Positions 1-16,200 of a DNA stretch of 64,000 nt are shown here, in pieces; within the stretch, counting starts at the first letter, position 1; each line of letters begins with the position of its first letter. Below the pieces are notes generated by a model. The model worked only from the letters and a program-made list of their open reading frames with translations, had not been told where the DNA came from and did not search any database. Source of the stretch: Auanema rhodensis (taxonomy: Eukaryota > Animalia > Nematoda); NCBI GenBank assembly GCA_964057225.1, contig OZ059896.1:12586001-12650000 (forward strand), read 5' to 3'. The position numbers and the translations under genes are program-made.

Positions 1-3000
1 ACTTTGACTTTGATTTTTCTAAAATTTCATTAATGTATAATTCAAAATATCATTTCTTGTGATCAGATTGTTAATCGTTAAATCTGTAAACGTTTCTCTC
101 GAAATAGCAAGTAGAGTGTTCAGTTGTACCCACATAACAAAGAAAGTAGAAGAACATATATATTTAGAGCAAAAAAAGTGCGGAAAAGTCGTTATCTCGT
201 TAACATCAGTTTCACTGCCCAAAACTCTGTTTATTGTCATTCTACTTGCTATTTTGAGAGAAACGTTTACAGATATATATGAATATTTACTACACTAGCA
301 AGCAGAAGAAAACCTTATACTAGTTCATTGTTTTTTTTAAATTTTTTTTCGGTATTTTTATTTTTTCACTGTCAAATCGGCAAGCACCTGCTGCACATGT
401 GCGAGCTATTCGAGTGACCGATGCCCGAACAAGCCACGCTTAAAAAATGAGGCTGACATAACACGTTTTTCACTCCTACCCAGATTGATTGCTTTAGAGA
501 CATTTCTGTCTTATCTCATTATATTCTCTACTTTAACTTTGATTTTTCTAAAATTTCATTAATGTATAATTCAAAATATCATTTCTTGTGATCAGATTGT
601 TAATCGTTATATCTGTAAACGTTTCTCTCGAAGTAGCAAGTAGAGTGTTCAGTTGTACCCACTTAACAAAGAAAGTAGAAGAACATATATATTTAGAGCA
701 AAAAAAGTGCGGAAAAGTCGTTATCTCGTTAACATCAGTTTCACTGTTCAAAACTCTGTTTATTGTCACTCTACTTGCTATTTCGAGAGAAACGTTTACA
801 GATATATATGAATATTCACTACACTAGCAAGCAGAAGAAAACCTTATACTAGTTCATTGTTTCTTTTTAATTTTTTTCGGTATATTTATTTTTTCATTGT
901 CAAATCGGCAAGCACCTGCTGCACATGTGCGAGCTTTTCGAGTGACCGATGCCCAAACGAACCACGCTTAGAAAATGAGGCTGACATAACACGTTTTTCA
1001 CTCGTACCCAGATTGATTGCTTTAGAGACATTTCTGTCTTATCTCATTATATTCTCAACTTTGACTTTGATTTTTCTAAAATTTCATTAATGTATAATTC
1101 AAAATATCATTTCTTGTGATCAGATTGTTAATCGTTATATCTGTAAACGTTTCTCTCGAAGTAGCAAGTAGAGTGTTCAGTTGTACCCACTTAACAAAGA
1201 AAGTAGAAGAACATATATTTTTAGAGCAAAAAAAGTGCGGAAAAGTCGTTATCTCGTGAACATCAGTTTCACTGCCCAAAACTCTGTTTATTGTCTTTCT
1301 ACTTGCTATTTCGAGAGAAACCTTTACAGATATACATATATGAATATTTACTACACTAGCAAGCAGAAGAAAACCTTATACTAGTTCATTGTTTTTTTTA
1401 AATTTTTTTCGGCAAATCGGCAAACACCTGCTGCACATGTGCGAGCTATTCGAGTGACCGATGCCCAAACGAGCCACGCTTAGAAAATGAGACTGACATA
1501 ACACGTTTTTCACTCTGTAGATTTGTACCCACTTAACAAAGAAAATAGAATAACATATATATTTAGAGCAAAAAAAGTGCGGAAAAGTCGTTATCTCGTT
1601 AACATCAGTTTCACTGTTCAAAACTCTGTTTATTGTCACTCTACTTGCTATTTCGAGAGAAACGTTTACAGATATATATGAATATTCACTACACTAGCAA
1701 GCAGGAGAAAACCTTATTCTAGTTCATTGTTTTTTTTTAATCTTTTTCGGTATATTTATTTTTTCACTGTCAAATCGGCAACACTAGCAAGCAGAAGAAA
1801 ACCTTATACTAGTTCATTGTTTTTTTTTTTGATTTTTTTCGGTACATTTATTTTTTCACTGTCAAATCGGCAAGCACCTGCTGCACATGTGCGAGCTATT
1901 CGAGTGACCGATGCCCAAACAAGCCACGCTTAGAAAATGAGGCTGACATAACACGTTTTTCACTCTGTAGAGTTGTACCCACTTAACAAAAAAAGTAGAA
2001 GAACATATATATTTAGAGCAAAAAAAGTGCGGAAAAGTCGTTATCTCGTTAACATCAGTTTCACTGTTCAAAACTCTGTTTATTGTCACTCTACTTGCTA
2101 TTTCGAGAGAAACGTTTACAGATATATATGAATATTCACTACACTAGCAAGCAGAAGAAAACCTTATACTAGTTCATTGTTTTTTTTTTAATTTTTTTCG
2201 GTATATTTATTTTTTCACTGTCAAATCGGCAAGCACCTGCTGCACATGTGCGAGCTATTTGAGTGATCGATGCCTAAACGAGCCACGCTTAGAAAATGAG
2301 GCCGACATAACACGTTTTTCACTCCTACCCAGATTGATTGCTTTAGAGACATTTCTGTCTTATCTCATTATATTCTCAACTTTGACTTTGATTTTTCTAA
2401 AATTTCATTAATGTATAATTCAAAATATCATTTCTTGTGATCAGATTGTTAATCGTTATATCTGTAAACGTTTCTCTCGAAATAGCAAGTAGAGTGTTCA
2501 GTTGTACCCACTTAACAAAGAAAGTAGAAGAACATATATATTTAGAGCAAAAAAAGTGCGGAAAAGTCGTTATCTCGTTAACATCAGTTTCACTGCCCAA
2601 AACTCTGTTTATTGTCATTCCACTTGCTATTTTGAGAGAAACGTTTACAGATATATATGAATATTTACTACACTAGCAAGCAGAAGAAAACCTTATACTA
2701 GTTCATTGTTTTTTTAAAATTTTTTTTCGGTACATTTATTTTTTCACTGTCAAATCGGCAAGCACCTGCTGCACATGTGCGAGCAATTCGAGTGACCGAT
2801 GCTCAAACGAGCCACGCTTAGAAAATGAGGCTGACATAACACGTTTTTCACTCTTACCCAGATTGATTGCTTTAGAGACATTTCTGTCTTATCTCATTAT
2901 ATTCTCTACTTTGACTTTGATTTTTCTAAAATTTCATTAATGTATAATTCAAAATATCATTTCTTGTGATCAGATTGTTAATCGTTATATCTGTAAACGT

Positions 3001-4203
3001 TTCTCTCGAAATAGCAAGTAGAGTGTTCAGTTGTACCCACTTAACAAAGAAAGTAGAAGAACATATATATTTAGAGCAAAAAAAGTGCGGAAAAGTAGTT
3101 ATCTCGTTAACATCAGTTTCACTGCCCAAAACTCTGTTTATTGTCATTCTATTTGCTATTTCGAGAGAAACGTTTACAGATATATATCAATATTTACTAC
3201 ACTAGCAAGCAGAAGAAAACCTTATACTAGTTCATTGTTTTTTTTAAATTTTTTTCGGTATATTCATTTTTTCACTGTCAAATCGGCAAGCACCTGCTGC
3301 ACATGTGCGAGCTATTCGAGTGACCGATGCTCAAACGAGCCACGCTTAGAAAATGAGGCTGACATAACACGCTTTTCACTCCTACCCAGATTGATTGCTT
3401 TAGAGACATTTCTGTCTTATCTCATTATATTCTCAACTTTGACTTTGATTTTTCTAAAATTTCATTAATGTATAATTCAAAATATCATTTCTTGTGATCA
3501 GATTGTTAATCGTTATATCTGTAAACGTTTCTCTCGAAATAGCAAGTAGAGTGTTCAGTTGTACCCACTTAACAAAGAAAGTAGAAGAACATATATATTT
3601 AGAGCAAAAAAAGTGCGGAAAAGTAGTTATCTCGTTAACATCAGTTTCACTGCCCAAAACTCTGTTTATTGTCATTCTACTTGCTATTTCGAGAGAAACG
3701 TTTACAGATATATATCAATATTTACTACACTAGCAAGCAGAAGAAAACCTTATACTAGTTCATTGTTTTTTTTTAAATTTTTTTCGGTATATTCATTTTT
3801 TCACTGTCAAATCGGCAAGCACCTGCTGCACATGTGCGAGCTATTCGAGTGACCGATGCTCAAACGAGCCACGCTTAGAAAATGAGGCTGACATAACACG
3901 CTTTTCACTCCTACCCAGATTGATTGCTTTAGAGACATTTCTGTCTTATCTCATTATATTCTCAACTTTGACTTTGATTTTTCTAAAATTTCATTAATGT
4001 ATAATTCAAAATATCATTTCTTGTGATCAGATTGTTAATCGTTATATCTGTAAACGTTTCTCTCGAAATAGCAAGTAGAGTGTTCAGTTGTACCCACTTA
4101 ACAAAGAAAGTAGAAGAACATATATATTTAGAGCAAAAAAAGTGCGGAAAAGTCGTTATCTCGTTAACATCAGTTTCACTGCCCAAAACTCTGTTTATTG
4201 TCA

Positions 4204-7200
4204 TTCTACTTGCTATTTTGAGAGAAACGTTTACAGATATATATGAATATTTACTACACTAGCAAGCAGAAGAAAACCTTATACTAGTTCATTGTTTTTT
4301 TAAAATTTTTTTTCGGTACATTCATTTTTTCACTGTCAAATCGGCAAGCACCTGCTGCACATGTGCGAGCTATTCGAGTGACCGATGCTCAAACGAGCCA
4401 CGCTTAGAAAATGAGGCTGACATAACACGTTTTTCACTCTTACCCAGATTGATTGCTTTAGAGACATTTCTGTCTTATCTCATTATATTCTCAACTTTGA
4501 CTTTGATTTTTCTAAAATTTCATTAATGTATAATTCAAAATATCATTTCTTGTGATCAGATTGTTAATCATTATATCTGTAAACGTTTCTCTCGAAGTAG
4601 CAAGTAGAGTGTTCAGTTGTACCCACTTAACAAAGAAAGTAGAAGAACATATATTTTTAGAGCAAAAAAAGTGCGGAAAAGTCGTTATCTCGTGAACATC
4701 AGTTTCACTGCCCAAAACTCTGTTTATTGTCTTTCTACTTGCTATTTCGAGAGAAACCTTTACAGATATACATATATGAATATTTACTACACTAGCAAGC
4801 AGAAGAAAACCTTATACTAGTTCATTGTTTTTTTTAAATTTTTTTCGGCAAATCGGCAAACACCTGCTGCACATGTGCGAGCTATTCGAGTGACCGATGC
4901 CCAAACGAGCCACGCTTAGAAAATGAGACTGACATAACACGTTTTTCACTCTGTAGATTTGTACCCACTTAACAAAGAAAATAGAATAACATATATATTT
5001 AGAGCAAAAAAAGTGCGGAAAAGTCGTTATCTCGTTAACATCAGTTTCACTGCCCAAAACTCTGTTTATTGTCATTCTACTTGCTATTTCGAGAGAAACG
5101 TTTACAGATATATATCAATATTTACTACACTAGCAAGCAGAAGAAAACCTTATACTAGTTCATTGTTTTTTTTAAATTTTTTTCGGTATATTCATTTTTT
5201 CACTGTCAAATCGGCAAGCACCTGCTGCACATGTGCGAGCTATTCGAGTGACCGATGCTCAAACGAGCCACGCTTAGAAAATGAGGCTGACATAACACGC
5301 TTTTCACTCCTACCCAGATTGATTGCTTTAGAGACATTTCTGTCTTATCTCATTATATTCTCAACTTTGACTTTGATTTTTCTAAAATTTCATTAATGTA
5401 TAATTCAAAATATCATTTCTTGTGATCAGATTGTTAATCGTTATATCTGTAAACGTTTCTCTCGAAATAGCAAGTAGAGTGTTCAGTTGTACCCACTTAA
5501 CAAAGAAAGTAGAAGAACATATATATTTAGAGCAAAAAAAGTGCGGAAAAGTCGTTATCTCGTTAACATCAGTTTCACTGCCCAAAACTCTGTTTATTGT
5601 CATTCTACTTGCTATTTTGAGAGAAACGTTTACAGATATATATGAATATTTACTACACTAGCAAGCAGAAGAAAACCTTATACTAGTTCATTGTTTTTTT
5701 AAAATTTTTTTTCGGTACATTCATTTTTTCACTGTCAAATCGGCAAGCACCTGCTGCACATGTGCGAGCTATTCGAGTGACCGATGCTCAAACGAGCCAC
5801 GCTTAGAAAATGAGGCTGACATAACACGTTTTTCACTCTTACCCAGATTGATTGCTTTAGAGACATTTCTGTCTTATCTCATTATATTCTCAACTTTGAC
5901 TTTGATTTTTCTAAAATTTCATTAATGTATAATTCAAAATATCATTTCTTGTGATCAGATTGTTAATCATTATATCTGTAAACGTTTCTCTCGAAGTAGC
6001 AAGTAGAGTGTTCAGTTGTACCCACTTAACAAAGAAAGTAGAAGAACATATATTTTTAGAGCAAAAAAAGTGCGGAAAAGTCGTTATCTCGTGAACATCA
6101 GTTTCACTGCCCAAAACTCTGTTTATTGTCTTTCTACTTGCTATTTCGAGAGAAACCTTTACAGATATACATATATGAATATTTACTACACTAGCAAGCA
6201 GAAGAAAACCTTATACTAGTTCATTGTTTTTTTTAAATTTTTTTCGGCAAATCGGCAAACACCTGCTGCACATGTGCGAGCTATTCGAGTGACCGATGCC
6301 CAAACGAGCCACGCTTAGAAAATGAGACTGACATAACACGTTTTTCACTCTGTAGATTTGTACCCACTTAACAAAGAAAATAGAATAACATATATATTTA
6401 GAGCAAAAAAAGTGCGGAAAAGTCGTTATCTCGTTAACATCAGTTTCACTGCCCAAAACTCTGTTTATTGTCATTCTACTTGCTATTTCGAGAGAAACGT
6501 TTACAGATATATATCAATATTTACTACACTAGCAAGCAGAAGAAAACCTTATACTAGTTCATTGTTTTTTTTAAATTTTTTTCGGTATATTCATTTTTTC
6601 ACTGTCAAATCGGCAAGCACCTGCTGCACATGTGCGAGCTATTCGAGTGACCGATGCTCAAACGAGCCACGCTTAGAAAATGAGGCTGACATAACACGCT
6701 TTTCACTCCTACCCAGATTGATTGCTTTAGAGACATTTCTGTCTTATCTCATTATATTCTCAACTTTGACTTTGATTTTTCTAAAATTTCATTAATGTAT
6801 AATTCAAAATATCATTTCTTGTGATCAGATTGTTAATCGTTATATCTGTAAACGTTTCTCTCGAAATAGCAAGTAGAGTGTTCAGTTGTACCCACTTAAC
6901 AAAGAAAGTAGAAGAACATATATATTTAGAGCAAAAAAAGTGCGGAAAAGTCGTTATCTCGTTAACATCAGTTTCACTGCCCAAAACTCTGTTTATTGTC
7001 ATTCTACTTGCTATTTTGAGAGAAACGTTTACAGATATATATGAATATTTACTACACTAGCAAGCAGAAGAAAACCTTATACTAGTTCATTGTTTTTTCA
7101 AAATTTTTTTTCGGTACATTCATTTTTTCACTGTCAAATCGGCAAGCACCTGCTGCACATGTGCGAGCTATTCGAGTGACCGATGCTCAAACGAGCCACG

Positions 7201-10200
7201 CTTAGAAAATGAGGCTGACATAACACGTTTTTCACTCTTACCCAGATTGATTGCTTTAGAGACATTTCTGTCTTATCTCATTATATTCTCAACTTTGACT
7301 TTGATTTTTCTAAAATTTCATTAATGTATAATTCAAAATATCATTTCTTGTGATCAGATTGTTAATCATTATATCTGTAAACGTTTCTCTCGAAGTAGCA
7401 AGTAGAGTGTTCAGTTGTACCCACTTAACAAAGAAAGTAGAAGAACATATATTTTTAGAGCAAAAAAAGTGCGGAAAAGTCGTTATCTCGTGAACATCAG
7501 TTTCACTGCCCAAAACTCTGTTTATTGTCTTTCTACTTGCTATTTCGAGAGAAACCTTTACAGATATACATATATGAATATTTACTACACTAGCAAGCAG
7601 AAGAAAACCTTATACTAGTTCATTGTTTTTTTTTAATTTTTTTCGGCAAATCGGCAAACACCTGCTGCACATGTGCGAGCTATTCGAGTGACCGATGCCC
7701 AAACGAGCCACGCTTAGAAAATGAGACTGACATAACACGTTTTTCACTCTGTAGATTTGTACCCACTTAACAAAGAAAATAGAATAACATATATATTTAG
7801 AGCAAAAAAAGTGCGGAAAAGTCGTTATCTCGTTAACATCAGTTTCACTGTTCAAAACTCTGTTTATTGTCACTCTACTTGCTATTTCGAGAGAAACGTT
7901 TACAGATATATATGAATATTCACTACACTAGCAAGCAGGAGAAAACCTTATACTAGTTCATTGTTTTTTTTTAATCTTTTTCGGTATATTTATTTTTTCA
8001 CTGTCAAATCGGCAAGCACCTGCTGCACATGTGCGAGCTTTTCGAGTGACCGATGCCCAAACGAACCACGCTTAGAAAATGAGGCTGACATAACACGTTT
8101 TTCACTCGTACCCAGATTGATTGCTTTAGAGACATTTCTGTCTTATCTCATTATATTCTCAACTTTGACTTTGATTTTTCTAAAATTTCATTAATGTATA
8201 ATTCAAAATATCATTTCTTGTGATCAGATTGTTAATCGTTATATCTGTAAACGTTTCTCTCGAAGTAGCAAGTAGAGTGTTCAGTTGTACCCACTTAACA
8301 AAGAAAGTAGAAGAACATATATATTTAGAGCAAAAAAAGTGCGGAAAAGTCGTTATCTCGTGAACATCAGTTTCACTGCCCAAAACTCTGTTTATTGTCT
8401 TTCTACTTGCTATTTCGAGAGAAACCTTTACAGATATACATATATGAATATTTACTACACTAGCAAGCAGAAGAAAACCTTATACTAGTTCATTGTTTTT
8501 TTTTAATTTTTTTCGGCAAATCGGCAAACACCTGCTGCACATGTGCGAGCTATTCGAGTGACCGATGCTCAAACGAGCCACGCTTAGAAAATGAGGCTGA
8601 CATAACACGTTTTTCACTCTTACCCAGATTGATTGCTTTAGAGACATTTCTGTCTTATCTCATTATATTCTCAACTTTGACTTTGATTTTTCTAAAATTT
8701 CATTAATGTATAATTCAAAATATCATTTCTTGTGATCAGATTGTTAATCGTTATATCTGTAAACGTTTCTCTCGAAGTAGCAAGTAGAGTGTTCAGTTGT
8801 ACCCACTTAACAAAGAAAGTAGAAGAACATATATATTTAGAGCAAAAAAAGTGCGGAAAAGTCGTTATCTCGTTAACATCAGTTTCACTGCCCAAAACTC
8901 TGTTTATTGTCTTTCTACTTGCTATTTCGAGAGAAACCTTTACAGATATACATATATGAATATTTACTACACTAGCAAGCAGAAGAAAACCTTATACTAG
9001 TTCATTGTTTTTTTTAAATTTTTTTCGGCAAATCGGCAAACACCTGCTGCACATGTGCGAGCTATTCGAGTGACCGATGCCCAAACGAGCCACGCTTAGA
9101 AAATGAGACTGACATAACACGTTTTTCACTCTGTAGATTTGTACCCACTTAACAAAGAAAATAGAATAACATATATATTTAGAGCAAAAAAAGTGCGGAA
9201 AAGTCGTTATCTCGTTAACATCAGTTTCACTGCCCAAAACTCTGTTTATTGTCATTCTACTTGCTATTTCGAGAGAAACGTTTACAGATATATATCAATA
9301 TTTACTACACTAGCAAGCAGAAGAAAACCTTATACTAGTTCATTGTTTTTTTTAAATTTTTTTCGGTATATTCATTTTTTCACTGTCAAATCGGCAAGCA
9401 CCTGCTGCACATGTGCGAGCTATTCGAGTGACCGATGCTCAAACGAGCCACGCTTAGAAAATGAGGCTGACATAACACGCTTTTCACTCCTACCCAGATT
9501 GATTGCTTTAGAGACATTTCTGTCTTATCTCATTATATTCTCAACTTTGACTTTGATTTTTCTAAAATTTCATTAATGTATAATTCAAAATATCATTTCT
9601 TGTGATCAGATTGTTAATCATTATATCTGTAAACGTTTCTCTCGAAGTAGCAAGTAGAGTGTTCAGTTGTACCCACTTAACAAAGAAAGTAGAAGAACAT
9701 ATATTTTTAGAGCAAAAAAAGTGCGGAAAAGTCGTTATCTCGTGAACATCAGTTTCACTGCCCAAAACTCTGTTTATTGTCTTTCTACTTGCTATTTCGA
9801 GAGAAACCTTTACAGATATACATATATGAATATTTACTACACTAGCAAGCAGAAGAAAACCTTATACTAGTTCATTGTTTTTTTTAAATTTTTTTCGGCA
9901 AATCGGCAAACACCTGCTGCACATGTGCGAGCTATTCGAGTGACCGATGCCCAAACGAGCCACGCTTAGAAAATGAGACTGACATAACACGTTTTTCACT
10001 CTGTAGATTTGTACCCACTTAACAAAGAAAATAGAATAACATATATATTTAGAGCAAAAAAAGTGCGGAAAAGTCGTTATCTCGTTAACATCAGTTTCAC
10101 TGCCCAAAACTCTGTTTATTGTCATTCTACTTGCTATTTCGAGAGAAACGTTTACAGATATATATCAATATTTACTACACTAGCAAGCAGAAGAAAACCT

Positions 10201-13200
10201 TATACTAGTTCATTGTTTTTTTTAAATTTTTTTCGGTATATTCATTTTTTCACTGTCAAATCGGCAAGCACCTGCTGCACATGTGCGAGCTATTCGAGTG
10301 ACCGATGCTCAAACGAGCCACGCTTAGAAAATGAGGCTGACATAACACGCTTTTCACTCCTACCCAGATTGATTGCTTTAGAGACATTTCTGTCTTATCT
10401 CATTATATTCTCAACTTTGACTTTGATTTTTCTAAAATTTCATTAATGTATAATTCAAAATATCATTTCTTGTGATCAGATTGTTAATCGTTATATCTGT
10501 AAACGTTTCTCTCGAAATAGCAAGTAGAGTGTTCAGTTGTACCCACTTAACAAAGAAAGTAGAAGAACATATATATTTAGAGCAAAAAAAGTGCGGAAAA
10601 GTCGTTATCTCGTTAACATCAGTTTCACTGCCCAAAACTCTGTTTATTGTCATTCTACTTGCTATTTTGAGAGAAACGTTTACAGATATATATGAATATT
10701 TACTACACTAGCAAGCAGAAGAAAACCTTATACTAGTTCATTGTTTTTTTTTAATTTTTTTTCGGTACATTCATTTTTTCACTGTCAAATCGGCAAGCAC
10801 CTGCTGCACATGTGCGAGCTATTCGAGTGACCGATGCTCAAACGAGCCACGCTTAGAAAATGAGGCTGACATAACACGTTTTTCACTCTTACCCAGATTG
10901 ATTGCTTTAGAGACATTTCTGTCTTATCTCATTATATTCTCAACTTTGACTTTGATTTTTCTAAAATTTCATTAATGTATAATTCAAAATATCATTTCTT
11001 GTGATCAGATTGTTAATCATTATATCTGTAAACGTTTCTCTCGAAGTAGCAAGTAGAGTGTTCAGTTGTACCCACTTAACAAAGAAAGTAGAAGAACATA
11101 TATTTTTAGAGCAAAAAAAGTGCGGAAAAGTCGTTATCTCGTGAACATCAGTTTCACTGCCCAAAACTCTGTTTATTGTCTTTCTACTTGCTATTTCGAG
11201 AGAAACCTTTACAGATATACATATATGAATATTTACTACACTAGCAAGCAGAAGAAAACCTTATACTAGTTCATTGTTTTTTTTAAATTTTTTTCGGCAA
11301 ATCGGCAAACACCTGCTGCACATGTGCGAGCTATTCGAGTGACCGATGCCCAAACGAGCCACGCTTAGAAAATGAGACTGACATAACACGTTTTTCACTC
11401 TGTAGATTTGTACCCACTTAACAAAGAAAATAGAATAACATATATATTTAGAGCAAAAAAAGTGCGGAAAAGTCGTTATCTCGTTAACATCAGTTTCACT
11501 GCCCAAAACTCTGTTTATTGTCATTCTACTTGCTATTTCGAGAGAAACGTTTACAGATATATATCAATATTTACTACACTAGCAAGCAGAAGAAAACCTT
11601 ATACTAGTTCATTGTTTTTTTTAAATTTTTTTCGGTATATTCATTTTTTCACTGTCAAATCGGCAAGCACCTGCTGCACATGTGCGAGCTATTCGAGTGA
11701 CCGATGCTCAAACGAGCCACGCTTAGAAAATGAGGCTGACATAACACGCTTTTCACTCCTACCCAGATTGATTGCTTTAGAGACATTTCTGTCTTATCTC
11801 ATTATATTCTCAACTTTGACTTTGATTTTTCTAAAATTTCATTAATGTATAATTCAAAATATCATTTCTTGTGATCAGATTGTTAATCGTTATATCTGTA
11901 AACGTTTCTCTCGAAATAGCAAGTAGAGTGTTCAGTTGTACCCACTTAACAAAGAAAGTAGAAGAACATATATATTTAGAGCAAAAAAAGTGCGGAAAAG
12001 TCGTTATCTCGTTAACATCAGTTTCACTGCCCAAAACTCTGTTTATTGTCATTCTACTTGCTATTTTGAGAGAAACGTTTACAGATATATATGAATATTT
12101 ACTACACTAGCAAGCAGAAGAAAACCTTATACTAGTTCATTGTTTTTTTAAAATTTTTTTTCGGTACATTCATTTTTTCACTGTCAAATCGGCAAGCACC
12201 TGCTGCACATGTGCGAGCTATTCGAGTGACCGATGCTCAAACGAGCCACGCTTAGAAAATGAGGCTGACATAACACGTTTTTCACTCTTACCCAGATTGA
12301 TTGCTTTAGAGACATTTCTGTCTTATCTCATTATATTCTCAACTTTGACTTTGATTTTTCTAAAATTTCATTAATGTATAATTCAAAATATCATTTCTTG
12401 TGATCAGATTGTTAATCATTATATCTGTAAACGTTTCTCTCGAAGTAGCAAGTAGAGTGTTCAGTTGTACCCACTTAACAAAGAAAGTAGAAGAACATAT
12501 ATTTTTAGAGCAAAAAAAGTGCGGAAAAGTCGTTATCTCGTGAACATCAGTTTCACTGCCCAAAACTCTGTTTATTGTCTTTCTACTTGCTATTTCGAGA
12601 GAAACCTTTACAGATATACATATATGAATATTTACTACACTAGCAAGCAGAAGAAAACCTTATACTAGTTCATTGTTTTTTTTAAATTTTTTTCGGCAAA
12701 TCGGCAAACACCTGCTGCACATGTGCGAGCTATTCGAGTGACCGATGCCCAAACGAGCCACGCTTAGAAAATGAGACTGACATAACACGTTTTTCACTCT
12801 GTAGATTTGTACCCACTTAACAAAGAAAATAGAATAACATATATATTTAGAGCAAAAAAAGTGCGGAAAAGTCGTTATCTCGTTAACATCAGTTTCACTG
12901 TTCAAAACTCTGTTTATTGTCACTCTACTTGCTATTTCGAGAGAAACGTTTACAGATATATATGAATATTCACTACACTAGCAAGCAGGAGAAAACCTTA
13001 TACTAGTTCATTGTTTTTTTTTAATCTTTTTCGGTATATTTATTTTTTCACTGTCAAATCGGCAAGCACCTGCTGCACATGTGCGAGCTTTTCGAGTGAC
13101 CGATGCCCAAACGAACCACGCTTAGAAAATGAGGCTGACATAACACGTTTTTCACTCGTACCCAGATTGATTGCTTTAGAGACATTTCTGTCTTATCTCA

Positions 13201-16200
13201 TTATATTCTCAACTTTGACTTTGATTTTTCTAAAATTTCATTAATGTATAATTCAAAATATCATTTCTTGTGATCAGATTGTTAATCGTTATATCTGTAA
13301 ACGTTTCTCTCGAAGTAGCAAGTAGAGTGTTCAGTTGTACCCACTTAACAAAGAAAGTAGAAGAACATATATATTTAGAGCAAAAAAAGTGCGGAAAAGT
13401 CGTTATCTCGTGAACATCAGTTTCACTGCCCAAAACTCTGTTTATTGTCTTTCTACTTGCTATTTCGAGAGAAACCTTTACAGATATACATATATGAATA
13501 TTTACTACACTAGCAAGCAGAAGAAAACCTTATACTAGTTCATTGTTTTTTTTAAATTTTTTTCGGCAAATCGGCAAACACCTGCTGCACATGTGCGAGC
13601 TATTCGAGTGACCGATGCTCAAACGAGCCACGCTTAGAAAATGAGGCTGACATAACACGTTTTTCACTCTTACCCAGATTGATTGCTTTAGAGACATTTC
13701 TGTCTTATCTCATTATATTCTCAACTTTGACTTTGATTTTTCTAAAATTTCATTAATGTATAATTCAAAATATCATTTCTTGTGATCAGATTGTTAATCG
13801 TTATATCTGTAAACGTTTCTCTCGAAGTAGCAAGTAGAGTGTTCAGTTGTACCCACTTAACAAAGAAAGTAGAAGAACATATATATTTAGAGCAAAAAAA
13901 GTGCGGAAAAGTCGTTATCTCGTTAACATCAGTTTCACTGCCCAAAACTCTGTTTATTGTCTTTCTACTTGCTATTTCGAGAGAAACCTTTACAGATATA
14001 CATATATGAATATTTACTACACTAGCAAGCAGAAGAAAACCTTATACTAGTTCATTGTTTTTTTTAAATTTTTTTCGGCAAATCGGCAAACACCTGCTGC
14101 ACATGTGCGAGCTATTCGAGTGACCGATGCCCAAACGAGCCACGCTTAGAAAATGAGACTGACATAACACGTTTTTCACTCTGTAGATTTGTACCCACTC
14201 AACAAAGAAAATAGAATAACATATATATTTAGAGCAAAAAAAGTGCGGAAAAGTCGTTATCTCGTTAACATCAGTTTCACTGCCCAAAACTCTGTTTATT
14301 GTCATTCTACTTGCTATTTCGAGAGAAACGTTTACAGATATATATCAATATTTACTACACTAGCAAGCAGAAGAAAACCTTATACTAGTTCATTGTTTTT
14401 TTTAAATTTTTTTCGGTATATTCATTTTTTCACTGTCAAATCGGCAAGCACCTGCTGCACATGTGCGAGCTATTCGAGTGACCGATGCTCAAACGAGCCA
14501 CGCTTAGAAAATGAGGCTGACATAACACGCTTTTCACTCCTACCCAGATTGATTGCTTTAGAGACATTTCTGTCTTATCTCATTATATTCTCAACTTTGA
14601 CTTTGATTTTTCTAAAATTTCATTAATGTATAATTCAAAATATCATTTCTTGTGATCAGATTGTTAATCGTTATATCTGTAAACGTTTCTCTCGAAATAG
14701 CAAGTAGAGTGTTCAGTTGTACCCACTTAACAAAGAAAGTAGAAGAACATATATATTTAGAGCAAAAAAAGTGCGGAAAAGTCGTTATCTCGTTAACATC
14801 AGTTTCACTGCCCAAAACTCTGTTTATTGTCATTCTACTTGCTATTTTGAGAGAAACGTTTACAGATATATATGAATATTTACTACACTAGCAAGCAGAA
14901 GAAAACCTTATACTAGTTCATTGTTTTTTTAAAATTTTTTTTCGGTACATTCATTTTTTCACTGTCAAATCGGCAAGCACCTGCTGCACATGTGCGAGCT
15001 ATTCGAGTGACCGATGCTCAAACGAGCCACGCTTAGAAAATGAGGCTGACATAACACGTTTTTCACTCTTACCCAGATTGATTGCTTTAGAGACATTTCT
15101 GTCTTATCTCATTATATTCTCAACTTTGACTTTGATTTTTCTAAAATTTCATTAATGTATAATTCAAAATATCATTTCTTGTGATCAGATTGTTAATCAT
15201 TATATCTGTAAACGTTTCTCTCGAAGTAGCAAGTAGAGTGTTCAGTTGTACCCACTTAACAAAGAAAGTAGAAGAACATATATTTTTAGAGCAAAAAAAG
15301 TGCGGAAAAGTCGTTATCTCGTGAACATCAGTTTCACTGCCCAAAACTCTGTTTATTGTCTTTCTACTTGCTATTTCGAGAGAAACCTTTACAGATATAC
15401 ATATATGAATATTTACTACACTAGCAAGCAGAAGAAAACCTTATACTAGTTCATTGTTTTTTTTAAATTTTTTTCGGCAAATCGGCAAACACCTGCTGCA
15501 CATGTGCGAGCTATTCGAGTGACCGATGCCCAAACGAGCCACGCTTAGAAAATGAGACTGACATAACACGTTTTTCACTCTGTAGATTTGTACCCACTTA
15601 ACAAAGAAAATAGAATAACATATATATTTAGAGCAAAAAAAGTGCGGAAAAGTCGTTATCTCGTTAACATCAGTTTCACTGTTCAAAACTCTGTTTATTG
15701 TCACTCTACTTGCTATTTCGAGAGAAACGTTTACAGATATATATGAATATTCACTACACTAGCAAGCAGGAGAAAACCTTATACTAGTTCATTGTTTTTT
15801 TTTAATCTTTTTCGGTATATTTATTTTTTCACTGTCAAATCGGCAAGCACCTGCTGCACATGTGCGAGCTTTTCGAGTGACCGATGCCCAAACGAACCAC
15901 GCTTAGAAAATGAGGCTGACATAACACGTTTTTCACTCGTACCCAGATTGATTGCTTTAGAGACATTTCTGTCTTATCTCATTATATTCTCAACTTTGAC
16001 TTTGATTTTTCTAAAATTTCATTAATGTATAATTCAAAATATCATTTCTTGTGATCAGATTGTTAATCGTTATATCTGTAAACGTTTCTCTCGAAGTAGC
16101 AAGTAGAGTGTTCAGTTGTACCCACTTAACAAAGAAAGTAGAAGAACATATATATTTAGAGCAAAAAAAGTGCGGAAAAGTCGTTATCTCGTGAACATCA

